Virus record (IMG/VR): IMGVR_UViG_3300028920_001041
DNA length: 64,000 bases
Strand: one strand, 5' to 3'
From: an uncultured virus (IMG/VR IMGVR_UViG_3300028920_001041)
Taxonomy: Duplodnaviria; Heunggongvirae; Uroviricota; Caudoviricetes
Shown: piece by piece, positions 7,539 through 17,780 of the stretch
Layout of the letters: every line of letters starts with the position of its first letter
Numbering within the stretch: position 1 is the stretch's first letter
Translations under genes and position numbers: made by a program
Notes under the pieces: generated by a model
Databases searched by the model: none
The model's input: the letters and a program-made list of their open reading frames with translations, nothing else
What the model was told of the DNA's origin: nothing

Positions 7539-9353
7539 TTAGAGATGAACAGCTTTTGGAAGATCAATAGTGAATTTAGTCCATTTCCCTTCCTCACTCT
7601 CTATTCTGATTTCACCTTTATGATCTTTTATGATGCCATAACTAATTGAAAGGCCTAATCCTGTACCAAAGTCTGGTCTCTTTGTTGTAAAGAATGGTTC
7701 AAATATTCTTTTTATTGCATCTTTAGGTATACCAGGCCCGTGATCTTTAAAGATTAATCGTAAATATTTATTATGTTCGCTAACTTTAATATCAATAATC
7801 TTATCAATCTCTTCGATATTAGGATACTTTTCATTTAATGCATAAATAGAATTACTCATTAGATTAAGAAGAACTTGTTGTATCTGTGATTTGCTGCACA
7901 TAATCATTTCTAAATACTCAGGTATATCAATATCAAGAGAAACTCCATGTTTCTTTAGATTTGCTTTAAACAAAGCTACAGAATCTAATACTACTTCTTT
8001 AATATCATTTGGAGTTTTATCTACTTCCTCTCTCCTAGCAAACGCAAGAAGATTCTTAACAATCTTAGCAATCCTATTCCCTTCTCTAACTATTTCGTTT
8101 CCATACCCATATTCTTCAGAGTTCGCCATTAAAATGTCTTTAAGAAGTTCACCATAAGTGATAATTCCTGTGATAGGATTATTAATTTCATGGGCAATTC
8201 CGGCAGCCATTTCTCCAAGAGAAGAAAGTCTTTGACTTTCGGCAAGTTGCTCTTGAATCTTATGGCGTTCTGTGATGTCACGTATTACTCCACGAAAACC
8301 AACAGGATTACCATCTTTTGATCTTTTAATAAATATACTAGACTCAATATGTCTTATTTCATCTTGCCCTTTAAACTTCCAATGAATATTTCTTAAATCT
8401 TGATTCATCTTATATGCATTCACAAATATTTGTTTTAATACATCAGCAGTTTTAACAGGAAAGAAATCAGTGAACTTCTTGCCTAAAATCTTATCATCAT
8501 TGAAATGAAATATAGTTAACGCTGCAGTATTTACAAAAGTGAATTTACCTTTTAAATCAACTTCATAATACCCCTCATCAGTGTTCTCGATAATCGTTCT
8601 ATATTTCTCTTCACTTTCTCGTAATTGCTCCATTGCTTCTTTATAATCTGTTACATCAGTAAAAGAATAAATATATCCTTTCTCTGACCGAACTCTATCA
8701 ATCATATTACCTATTAAAATGCAAGGAACACGTTGTCCGTCTTTATGAAGAAATTCATGCTCTAATACAACCTGACCCTTCCTATGAAACTGACTTCTTA
8801 CTTCATTATTAACTTTAATGAATTCAGCTTTATCTTCATACAAAAATCTAGACCTATATCCTACTACTTCATTAGGTTTATATCCGAGAATCTTGGTCAT
8901 AGATTCATTGCCCCAACGATTCTTATCGTTTTGCACAAAACAAATACCATGGCTTGTCGTATTGAGAACTGCAGATAACAATTCTTTGGTTCCTTCATTT
9001 TCTTCAAATTGCGACTGAAGTTTACTCTCTTTAAGCCCAAATTCTATAATAAATATTCCTAACATCAAGAATAGTACGGCAAATAAGAATCCGGCAAAGT
9101 CTTGAACATATTGCTCTAAATCGCTGCTACCTAATTTGACAAACTTATTAAATGCATCAAAATGGTAACTTACTTCAACTGCCGCGCCAAATACTATGAG
9201 ACATACACCAATGATAATATTTCTAACCTTTTGTTGTCTTAGGTTCTTTACAATTTTAATTAAATACAATATTATAATGAGCATGAATAAATAATTAGTG
9301 TATTCTAAGATCACTTTTGTCATTACTATTGTCCCACTGTCGATGTTAACCAC
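7539..9353 (-). CDS. membrane PAS-PAS sensor histidine kinase (NtrB-like)
   Basis: 3 TM segments, two PAS/PAC regions, H box AGIAHEINNP, N box QVLLNLMSN, DHGPG, FEPFFTTK, GTGLGL. Confidence 0.95.
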   Translation of the reverse strand: MVNIDSGTIVMTKVILEYTNYLFMLIIILYLIKIVKNLRQQKVRNIIIGVCLIVFGAAVEVSYHFDAFNKFVKLGSSDLEQYVQDFAGFLFAVLFLMLGIFIIEFGLKESKLQSQFEENEGTKELLSAVLNTTSHGICFVQNDKNRWGNESMTKILGYKPNEVVGYRSRFLYEDKAEFIKVNNEVRSQFHRKGQVVLEHEFLHKDGQRVPCILIGNMIDRVRSEKGYIYSFTDVTDYKEAMEQLRESEEKYRTIIENTDEGYYEVDLKGKFTFVNTAALTIFHFNDDKILGKKFTDFFPVKTADVLKQIFVNAYKMNQDLRNIHWKFKGQDEIRHIESSIFIKRSKDGNPVGFRGVIRDITERHKIQEQLAESQRLSSLGEMAAGIAHEINNPITGIITYGELLKDILMANSEEYGYGNEIVREGNRIAKIVKNLLAFARREEVDKTPNDIKEVVLDSVALFKANLKKHGVSLDIDIPEYLEMIMCSKSQIQQVLLNLMSNSIYALNEKYPNIEEIDKIIDIKVSEHNKYLRLIFKDHGPGIPKDAIKRIFEPFFTTKRPDFGTGLGLSISYGIIKDHKGEIRIESEEGKWTKFTIDLPKAVHL

Positions 9354-10029
9354 TTTTTGTTACTCCCGCTAATTCGAATATATTCCCTAGCACCACTCTA
9401 TTTTTAGGAATATGTAGTTCGCCACCTTCAATTACTTTCATAAAGTCGAACTCATATGCGGTTATAACACTTTTGACTTGACCAAATATCAATATAGACT
9501 CAAGCTGTGCATTGATTGAGATGTCTATTGAGTTCATTTCCCCTATGAATATATTAGAAAGAAAATCCACTTTTAATGTAGGTTTCTTTCTAAACTTTTG
9601 AATTACTCTAACTAAGAATGATTTTTTAATTCTTAAATCTTTAATATTTTTTTTACAGACAACAATCTGATTAGCACAATAATCATTAATTTCATTTATC
9701 AAATCTAATGTGAATATTTCTTCTCCCCTCGCTAAATATGAATTTAATAAGGTTCGAAGTATTGTTTGAACAGAGGATCTAATTTTTCCCTCGGGTGGGT
9801 CTGTATATCCAGTCTCATCATAAAGTCTTCTTTTCTCTGGATGCTTTAAGAGAGTATAAGCTTCATTAATAGCATCATATTTTTCTTCCGCATCAGCTTT
9901 TACATCTTCACTTTCAGTAGCAACTTTATCAGGATGGTATTTTTGTATTAATTCTCTATATATTCCTCTTAGATCTTCTTGTTTAACACTGCTATCAACA
10001 CCTAATACATCATACGGCGTTTGATCCAT
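9346..10029 (-). CDS. J-domain (DnaJ-like, class C) protein
   Basis: PYDVLGV...KYHPDK...AINEAYTLL...RRLYD. Confidence 0.9.
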   Translation of the reverse strand: MDQTPYDVLGVDSSVKQEDLRGIYRELIQKYHPDKVATESEDVKADAEEKYDAINEAYTLLKHPEKRRLYDETGYTDPPEGKIRSSVQTILRTLLNSYLARGEEIFTLDLINEINDYCANQIVVCKKNIKDLRIKKSFLVRVIQKFRKKPTLKVDFLSNIFIGEMNSIDISINAQLESILIFGQVKSVITAYEFDFMKVIEGGELHIPKNRVVLGNIFELAGVTKSG

Positions 10030-10056
10030 TACTATTTTCCTTCCGGACAAAGAATA

Positions 10057-10890
10057 TTAATGTAACTCATATCTTAACACCTCTATACAATTCTGACAAA
10101 TGGGGTCTATAGGTTGATTATTTATTAATTCCCCTTTAATTAATTTGTCAAAATTATCATCATTTAATTCAGTATGTGCTGTATATGAATGACTTTGTTT
10201 ACAAAATTTGATCCTTTTATTAACTAAATCAAAACCAACAAAGTGTAATTTTCTAAAGCATCGTTCTCTAAGTTGATTTAATTTCTTTTCATTGTAGTAA
10301 TGTAGTCCTCTAGAAAACAATTCTTCTTTATTGACGAAACTTGGAAATGTTTTGATTAAATAAACATAATCTTTTGGTTGCAAAGCATATTCAGTTTGAT
10401 CATCAGGAACCTTTGTGTAAAAATATTGAAACCACAATTTCATACCTAGTTTGTAATTCTTTTTTAGGAAACCTTTAAGTAATTTAACATTCTTTCTATG
10501 AATAACAATCAAGTGTGTTACTTTACGATTGATTATATCAATTTCTATTTCCTGATCTAATTCTGATACACAATGATATATTACTCTATCAATATCATCA
10601 TAATATTTTTCGAAATATCCTTTCTTAAAGAATTCTCCATTTGTTTCTACTACAACAGGATAGTTGTATGAGAAAATATGTTCTAATATATGTTCTGGGA
10701 TTAATCCAGTTTCACCACCAGATATATGCAAAGGTATATTGTTCTCCTTTGCCCATCTAGCAATCTTGAAATAATATTTAATTAAATAACTACGATCAAC
10801 ACTCTTTATATCCTGTATTCTAGGACGATCACAATATCCACAGGTCCAATTGCACCTTTCTCCTAATACTACACATATTAATTTCGGCAT
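10057..10890 (-). CDS. radical SAM protein (paralog of 3978..4679)
   Basis: CNWTCGYC, SGGE, ETNG; C-terminal CQNC. Confidence 0.9.
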   Translation of the reverse strand: MPKLICVVLGERCNWTCGYCDRPRIQDIKSVDRSYLIKYYFKIARWAKENNIPLHISGGETGLIPEHILEHIFSYNYPVVVETNGEFFKKGYFEKYYDDIDRVIYHCVSELDQEIEIDIINRKVTHLIVIHRKNVKLLKGFLKKNYKLGMKLWFQYFYTKVPDDQTEYALQPKDYVYLIKTFPSFVNKEELFSRGLHYYNEKKLNQLRERCFRKLHFVGFDLVNKRIKFCKQSHSYTAHTELNDDNFDKLIKGELINNQPIDPICQNCIEVLRYELH

Positions 10891-11873
10891 TTAATTGCCC
10901 TTTCAAGCTCATCTGAGATGATCCTTTTCTTCGGTACACACACTTCTGAATAACAGTTGTCTTCCTGACACATTATGGGATGATTAAAAATATAAAGATG
11001 TTCTCTAAAATTATCTTTAATGAGATTTAATATAGGTGGTCTATGATTTTTTCTCATTGTTAAACAGTAATGAACATCTCCATTAGAACACACTATTAGA
11101 TTCTTTCGTCCACATTGGCACCTGAAGTGTTTATAATTCGCTTTACCTTCACAATACAGTTTTATTTCGTTAAAAGAGACATTTTTTTCAACAATTTGTC
11201 CGTTATCATCATATTTTATTTGATATTTTTGGAGAACATCATTATGCTCTTGTTGAGAGATATACCATCGTAAATCTTCCATATCGAATTTCTGATCTGG
11301 ATGATAGATTATATCAATAGAACAATTAAGATTAGCTTGAACGTTCTCCATTTCTTTAAATTCTTGATACAGTCTTTTAATTTCTTCTTTGTATCTTGAA
11401 TCCCACATTACTTTTACTTGAACAAAATTAACATGTTTCGCTAGAAATAAAGCATTCTCTAAGAATCTTCCATTGTTAGAGAATTCGTAATGATACGACC
11501 CTAATATCTTTATATCTCTTCTTATTTCAATCATCGTTTTGTAAAAATCTAAAGGCATACCAAGATTTGTAAAGACTTGAAGAGGATATTTTGATTTTTT
11601 AAGTTGACTTAATATTTTAAAGAAATGTGGATCGATGGTTGGCTCTCCACCAAACAAAATAAGGTCAAGATCATAATTCTCATATAGATAATTATAAAAT
11701 TCTATTATTCTTGATTTATGTTCATAGGTATAAAATTGTTCGTGTCTATTCTCATATGTACAATAATGACACCTATAATTGCAGCGACTTGTTATGTCCC
11801 AATGGGAAAAGAATGAGTTCTTCTCCTCTATTAACATGGTGGAGCCTACTCCTAATATTTTTATCTGGTTCAT
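10878..11873 (-). CDS. radical SAM protein with C-terminal Cys cluster
   Basis: CNYRCHYC, FGGEP, CQCG...GDVHYC; likely start MNQIKILGVG. Confidence 0.9.
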   Translation of the reverse strand: MNQIKILGVGSTMLIEEKNSFFSHWDITSRCNYRCHYCTYENRHEQFYTYEHKSRIIEFYNYLYENYDLDLILFGGEPTIDPHFFKILSQLKKSKYPLQVFTNLGMPLDFYKTMIEIRRDIKILGSYHYEFSNNGRFLENALFLAKHVNFVQVKVMWDSRYKEEIKRLYQEFKEMENVQANLNCSIDIIYHPDQKFDMEDLRWYISQQEHNDVLQKYQIKYDDNGQIVEKNVSFNEIKLYCEGKANYKHFRCQCGRKNLIVCSNGDVHYCLTMRKNHRPPILNLIKDNFREHLYIFNHPIMCQEDNCYSEVCVPKKRIISDELERAIKCRN

Positions 11874-12819
11874 TATTCTTCCTTCTAAGAACCAATGTCT
11901 TTGGAAATTCTGTTTCACAACAAAACCCCATAAAATCACATATCATCCCATCTTCAAAATGATTTAGATAATCCTTAAAATTTTCTTTAACTAGATTAAG
12001 AATAGGCGTGATATGACTTTTACAGGGAAACACATCTGCATTAGAATTAACAAAAATGAGGTTCTTTCCGGCGGCACCACATTTATAGTAGTTGTTTGAT
12101 TCTAACATTGTTGTTCTCATTTCATTCCAAGATACATCTCGTTCTTTTTCTATACCATCCTCTAAATACTTTAAACGAAGAACTTCATAATCTTGTAATG
12201 GTAAAAACCAATCTAAATCTTCTGGTTTCCAATCTGCACCAGTGTCACCGATTTGATTTGGTAACACAAGATCGATAAAACATTCGTATCCTGTACGACT
12301 TTCAAATTTTTTAAAGAACTTATACTCTTCAATAGATTGTTCCTTTCGACGGGAATCTGCCATAATCTTCATACGAATCTTTTTGACATCCGAGCCAAGC
12401 AGATACCCTAATTTCTTAAGAAACATATCTTTATTTACTTTGTATATATGGTATGAGATTGATATTGTCATATCAGATCGTATAGACAATAACTTTTTAA
12501 AGAAATCAAGATCCTGACTAAGATTAGTGAATAATCTAATATAACTGTTTAATTTCGTCACTATTTTTAAGAAATCTGAATCGCAAGTTGGTTCACCACC
12601 ATACAACAATACTTTTTGTTCTCTAATTGTATCCATGTAATTAAAGAATTCTATTATTTTTTTCTTCGTCTCCCATGTTGCTAACTTTTCATTTCTGAAA
12701 ACATCACAATAATCACATTTATAATTACAATTACCAGTAACAAACCAATATGCATATAATATATTTGGGTTCTCAAACATTGTTTTCAACCCAACTTCTA
12801 AGACCTCTACTTTTTTCAT
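11773..12819 (-). CDS. radical SAM protein with C-terminal Cys cluster
   Basis: CNYKCDYC, YGGEP, CGAAG...DVFPC. Confidence 0.9.
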   Translation of the reverse strand: MKKVEVLEVGLKTMFENPNILYAYWFVTGNCNYKCDYCDVFRNEKLATWETKKKIIEFFNYMDTIREQKVLLYGGEPTCDSDFLKIVTKLNSYIRLFTNLSQDLDFFKKLLSIRSDMTISISYHIYKVNKDMFLKKLGYLLGSDVKKIRMKIMADSRRKEQSIEEYKFFKKFESRTGYECFIDLVLPNQIGDTGADWKPEDLDWFLPLQDYEVLRLKYLEDGIEKERDVSWNEMRTTMLESNNYYKCGAAGKNLIFVNSNADVFPCKSHITPILNLVKENFKDYLNHFEDGMICDFMGFCCETEFPKTLVLRRKNNEPDKNIRSRLHHVNRGEELILFPLGHNKSLQL

Positions 12820-13772
12820 TTAAGACGCTCTCTTATTTTATTAGGTAATCTTCTTCTTGGAACAACTACTTCACAACAAAATCCTTTTGCCCGGCATATA
12901 ATATCTTTATTGAACATATCTAAATAATCATTATAATCAGCATTAAACAAGTTAAAAATTGGTTTTCCTTCATTCTTCATAGTCTGACAATAAAATACAT
13001 CACCATTAGATTCTATAAACAATCCATTTCTGCCACAACTACAAGTATACGAGTAATGTTCAGGAAACCCACCAGATAATCTTCTAATTGAATTATAACC
13101 CATACGTTTCGTTGTTATTGTTCCATCATCGTTCTTAATTACGATCGCATGGGAATTATCATTTTGTATCCTATCAAAATATGTTAAATCATTATCATTC
13201 CAATCACCACCACAGTCATCATTATACACTAAATCTAGACTGCACTTAAAGTTAGTGTGATATGTTTCTAATTTTTTAAATTCATGATAAACATTCAATA
13301 TATCGTTCTTACACCTTGAGTCCCACATTACTTTTATTTTTAAAAATGGGACATAATCTAAAAGATACTTAACAATAATTAAAAATTTCTTTTTATCTGC
13401 TTTTAAATGGTGGTAAGAAGGAACAACCTTTAAATAGTTTTTTGTCTTCACTAATTCTTTATAAAAGCCTAATTCCATTGATAGATTAGTGAGAAATATT
13501 ATATTCGAATTGATACTATTAACTATTTCTATGATATCAGGATGTATTGAAGACTCTCCACCAAATAAAACTGTCTCCATTGTGTGATTATTAGATATGA
13601 AATTTATATATTTAACAATTTGTTGCCATTTATCTTTATTAACTAAATTTTCTGTTTTATATACACCACAATAGTCACATTGATAGTTACATAAATTAGT
13701 TACTGACCAATGTAGATAGAAAAGATCATTAATTTTTTTAAAGTCGTGATGCCCTACTTCTAAGATGTCCAT
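12816..13772 (-). CDS. radical SAM protein with C-terminal Cys cluster
   Basis: CNYQCDYC, FGGE, CSCG...GDVFYC; likely start MDILEVG. Confidence 0.9.
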   Translation of the reverse strand: MDILEVGHHDFKKINDLFYLHWSVTNLCNYQCDYCGVYKTENLVNKDKWQQIVKYINFISNNHTMETVLFGGESSIHPDIIEIVNSINSNIIFLTNLSMELGFYKELVKTKNYLKVVPSYHHLKADKKKFLIIVKYLLDYVPFLKIKVMWDSRCKNDILNVYHEFKKLETYHTNFKCSLDLVYNDDCGGDWNDNDLTYFDRIQNDNSHAIVIKNDDGTITTKRMGYNSIRRLSGGFPEHYSYTCSCGRNGLFIESNGDVFYCQTMKNEGKPIFNLFNADYNDYLDMFNKDIICRAKGFCCEVVVPRRRLPNKIRERLK

Positions 13773-14835
13773 CTGATATACCTTTAAAATATAGAATGTC
13801 TGTAACCCTATCTCCATAAACTGTCTTAAATTCTTCTGTTCCCCATTTAGAGTCATATGTGGCCCATATACAATCACAGATATATAGGTAACTGCATTTA
13901 AGACAACAAAATGGTTGAATAGTGATAGAACGTAAAGTGCTTTGTATTGCATTTGTTTCTAAATCCCATTTAGACCCATTTAACTCTAATGGAGGTGGAG
14001 ATTGCCCATGCCGTATCTTCTCGGACCAATGTATTATATGTTCACTCCATTCATAAGGATCAAACATCCTCTGTTTATACATGCAAAGATACTTCTCATA
14101 TCCTTCCATAACACAAAATGGAACATACCGAACATTTATTCTCATCTTCTTATCAAGAATGTCAATTGATTCTTTAACATACGGCATACTCTCTGTAAAT
14201 GTTACCATATTATCTTGAGACGCTGTATTCTCTAGTCTAAAAGGAAGAAAGTTAAAACATTCGGGATTAATTTGATTTGCTAATTCGGCAATTTTAGGAA
14301 TGTCTTTATAATTATCTTTAGCAACCACAGTGTTGATACGAATAAATACTCCTAGCTTCATTGCATGATCAATAGCTTTTCTTATTTTTCTATATGATCC
14401 TTTAACACCAGTCATACCATCATGTACTTCTTCACAACTGCCATGTAAAGAAAATAATACTTCATTAAGTCCACAATCAATACTTTCTTCAAAAAAATTA
14501 ATATCCGACAATTCATACCCATTTGTTATTACAGCTATTCGATCAGCACCAAGTTCATCTTTCATATATGATAAAAGGAGAAACCAATAAGGTAACATTG
14601 TTGGTTCTCCTCCACTTATGTCCCAATCTTTTATACCATATGAAAATCCAGCATGTAATTGATCAGATATTTCATCCTTCATATCGACATGTTTCAAATC
14701 TTTATAGAAACAAAATTTGCATTTAATATTACATAAATATCCCGTAAACAATCTTGATCTTCTTGTCAATAAATCCATATGTTGGTGTTGTTCAATTTGA
14801 TTTCTAAAGTCTATTTTAAACGACGTCGTCATCAA
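13738..14835 (-). CDS. radical SAM protein (SPASM-like C-terminus)
   Basis: CNIKCKFC, SGGEP, ITNG, VPFC, CLKCSYLYICDC. Confidence 0.9.
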   Translation of the reverse strand: MMTTSFKIDFRNQIEQHQHMDLLTRRSRLFTGYLCNIKCKFCFYKDLKHVDMKDEISDQLHAGFSYGIKDWDISGGEPTMLPYWFLLLSYMKDELGADRIAVITNGYELSDINFFEESIDCGLNEVLFSLHGSCEEVHDGMTGVKGSYRKIRKAIDHAMKLGVFIRINTVVAKDNYKDIPKIAELANQINPECFNFLPFRLENTASQDNMVTFTESMPYVKESIDILDKKMRINVRYVPFCVMEGYEKYLCMYKQRMFDPYEWSEHIIHWSEKIRHGQSPPPLELNGSKWDLETNAIQSTLRSITIQPFCCLKCSYLYICDCIWATYDSKWGTEEFKTVYGDRVTDILYFKGISDGHLRSRASRL

Positions 14836-16285
14836 ATGCTCCCTTTTCGGCGTACTGTTTATCGTTCTCTCCTATATTATTAGCAAACATTTTGTGGCAA
14901 TACGCAGATCTTAATCGATCTACTCTTTCTTTAGCAACTGATCTTGGTAACCCATCTATACTGAACTTCTTTGGTATATTAACTACAATATCACTAAGAT
15001 CAGGTAATGCATCAATATATTCATCTTCCCAACTTGTAAAAGTTATACCAAATAAATCAGGGGTTGTGTACACATTTGAATTAGGAAAGACTTTAAACAC
15101 AGTTGGACAAAGGTTAAAAAGAGTATCATATTTCTCTTTAAATTCTCCACATATTTTAAAACGAACAGCATCGTCTTCATCACTCTCGCCTGGTAATCCA
15201 ACAATTAATCCTACATTGCATGTTATATTTCTTTCAACAACTCGAGTAATTGCTTTCATAGAATTTTCAGTGTTTTGATTATGTGCTTTCTTCATAAGTG
15301 CATATAATCTGTCACTAAATCCTTCTACACCTAAAAATATGCTCCCTGCCCCTGACCTTGATAATCCATCCGCAAAGTCTTTAGTAACCATTCTAGGTAA
15401 ACCAAAGCTATGCCAGTGTTCTACACCAACTTTTTCTATCATATCACAAATTTTAAGACCTCTAGCTTCTGTAGGATTTATGATATCATCTTCCATTTCA
15501 ATACCGGTGAAATTAGTTCTCTTCTTTGTCCTCATTAAATATTCATACATGTTATCTAACTCATATCTAACATAAGGTCTACTGCTGGCACAAAACGCAC
15601 ATTTATTAGGACACCCTACTGATGTAACAAAAGGTATAGTATAACGAGATCGTATTACATCCGTTCTATTAAGTTCAGGCCAAGTCATATCTTTATTGAA
15701 TGTTCCTGTTACACTCCCATGAGTTAATCTCCCTTCAATAATGTCTAACATAGGTTGACAACCATCATCTTTAACAACTACATCAGCTATACCGCTCTTT
15801 AGAGTAAAGTCTCTAATATTGCCACTAAGATCCATATGGTATCCACCAAATACAATGGTTATATTTGGGTTTTTGTTTCTTAATTTTAATGCATAATAGC
15901 TAATATAAAAATAAGTGATATATGTTACAGTGAAACCAAAAATACTATTATTAGGAATCATTAATTGATCGACATCTTTATCAATATCTGCCAGGATGTT
16001 AAGCTGATATTCACTAAAATCATCCTCTATGCCATCTATAAAATTATCATTATCTGATCTATAGTTTTTAATCATTGTTATAAATCTAGGTAAATCTGCT
16101 ATCTCTGCAACATAGGAATTATATTCAATTTTGCTATATATGCTATACATAAAATAATAATAATCTTTGCATTCGGCATTATACCCATGATTCTTTAAAT
16201 ACTGCTGTATAATACCTGTATTTGATTTTCTTAATTCCGTTATAAGTCCATTATTAATCGAAATTAATTGTATTAATCTATCCAT
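14816..16285 (-). CDS. B12-binding-type radical SAM protein (class B methyltransferase-like)
   Basis: GFTVTY, IVFGGYH, SVGCPNKCAFC, IVGLPGES. Confidence 0.85.
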   Translation of the reverse strand: MDRLIQLISINNGLITELRKSNTGIIQQYLKNHGYNAECKDYYYFMYSIYSKIEYNSYVAEIADLPRFITMIKNYRSDNDNFIDGIEDDFSEYQLNILADIDKDVDQLMIPNNSIFGFTVTYITYFYISYYALKLRNKNPNITIVFGGYHMDLSGNIRDFTLKSGIADVVVKDDGCQPMLDIIEGRLTHGSVTGTFNKDMTWPELNRTDVIRSRYTIPFVTSVGCPNKCAFCASSRPYVRYELDNMYEYLMRTKKRTNFTGIEMEDDIINPTEARGLKICDMIEKVGVEHWHSFGLPRMVTKDFADGLSRSGAGSIFLGVEGFSDRLYALMKKAHNQNTENSMKAITRVVERNITCNVGLIVGLPGESDEDDAVRFKICGEFKEKYDTLFNLCPTVFKVFPNSNVYTTPDLFGITFTSWEDEYIDALPDLSDIVVNIPKKFSIDGLPRSVAKERVDRLRSAYCHKMFANNIGENDKQYAEKGAFDDDVV

Positions 16286-16299
16286 TAAATTACTACCTC

Positions 16300-17769
16300 C
16301 TAAACATCATCGTCAAATGCTCCCTTTTCGGCGTACTTCTTATCTGCATCCCACTTAGCCATACCAGTTGTTGGACAGGCAGCTCTAAGCTTTTCCATAC
16401 GCTCTCTAGCAACTTTCCTATCAATTCCTTCAATAGCAAACTTCTTTGGAACCTTTGCTAGAATAGGACTAAGTTCAGGGATAGCATCTATATATTTATT
16501 ATCCCAAGGTTCAAGAGTAACACCAAACACATCTGGTTCTTGATAAATTCGAGAGTTAGGAAAGAGTTTAAATGTAGTAGCTAAAAGATCAAATAAGTAT
16601 CCGTATTTCTTATAAAACCCTTCGCATATCTCGTAACGAATCTTATCGTCTTCATCTGTCTCACCAGGTAATCCTACAATAATACCAACACAAGCCATTA
16701 CTTCATGTGAACAAACACGATCAATAGCATCAATAGCATTATCTTTAGTCTGTCCCGATGCTTTATTCATAAGTTCATAAACATCATCACTAAACCCTTC
16801 GGCACCTAAGAATATACTAACAGCGTTTGATTTCTTTAATGCTTTAATAAGTTTATCTGTTAAATTTCTAGGAACACCAAAACAATGCCAATGCTCAACA
16901 CCAACTCTTTCTATCATGTCACAGATTCTAAGGCCTCTAGCTTCTGTTGCATTTATGTTGTCATCCGCCATTTCAATGCCAGTGAATCCGGTTGTTTTTC
17001 TCATCATTTTTAGATATTCATACATATCATCTAAATTATAAGTTGTATATGGTCTGCTGCTGGCACAAAACGCACATTGATTTGGACAACCTACCGAGGT
17101 AACAGATGGAATTATCTTTTTAGACATATGAACTTCAAGGCGGCTAAGTATAGGCCATGTAACATCTTTACTAAATACACCTGTCACTATCCCATGAGTT
17201 AATCTGCCTTCTATAACATCAAGCATGGGTTGGCAACCATCATCTTTAACAACTACATCAGCAATTCCGCTAGCTAAAGTAAAATCTCGATTGTTATCAC
17301 CAAACCCCATATGATACCCACCAAATACAATCTTTATATTCGGGTTTTTTCTTCTCAACATTAGCGCATAATAAGAAGTGTAGAAATGGGATATATAAGT
17401 ACAACTGAATCCGAAGACACTATTATCTGGAATAGTTAATGCTTCAACATCATCATTAATACGATTAATTATTATCATTTGATGTTCAGTGAATTCGTCC
17501 TCTATACCTTTCAAAAGAGATTTTTCATGATTCTTATAATTTTGGATCATAGGAATAAATTTAGGTACATCCGCTATCTCTGCAACATACGAATGATATT
17601 CAGTCCTATTATACCTACTATACATAATATAATAATAATCTTTGCATTCGGCATTATATCCATGATTTCTCAAAAACTGCCGTATAATGCTAGTCGTGGA
17701 CCTTCTTAATTCTGTTATAAGTCCATTGTTAATTGAAATTAACTGTATTAATCTCTCCATATTAGGCAC
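16300..17769 (-). CDS. B12-binding-type radical SAM protein (tandem paralog of 14816..16285)
   Basis: IVFGGYH, SVGCPNQCAFC, IVGLPGET; near-identical N- and C-termini to its neighbour. Confidence 0.85.
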   Translation of the reverse strand: MPNMERLIQLISINNGLITELRRSTTSIIRQFLRNHGYNAECKDYYYIMYSRYNRTEYHSYVAEIADVPKFIPMIQNYKNHEKSLLKGIEDEFTEHQMIIINRINDDVEALTIPDNSVFGFSCTYISHFYTSYYALMLRRKNPNIKIVFGGYHMGFGDNNRDFTLASGIADVVVKDDGCQPMLDVIEGRLTHGIVTGVFSKDVTWPILSRLEVHMSKKIIPSVTSVGCPNQCAFCASSRPYTTYNLDDMYEYLKMMRKTTGFTGIEMADDNINATEARGLRICDMIERVGVEHWHCFGVPRNLTDKLIKALKKSNAVSIFLGAEGFSDDVYELMNKASGQTKDNAIDAIDRVCSHEVMACVGIIVGLPGETDEDDKIRYEICEGFYKKYGYLFDLLATTFKLFPNSRIYQEPDVFGVTLEPWDNKYIDAIPELSPILAKVPKKFAIEGIDRKVARERMEKLRAACPTTGMAKWDADKKYAEKGAFDDDV

Positions 17770-17780
17770 AATCTCCTTCT

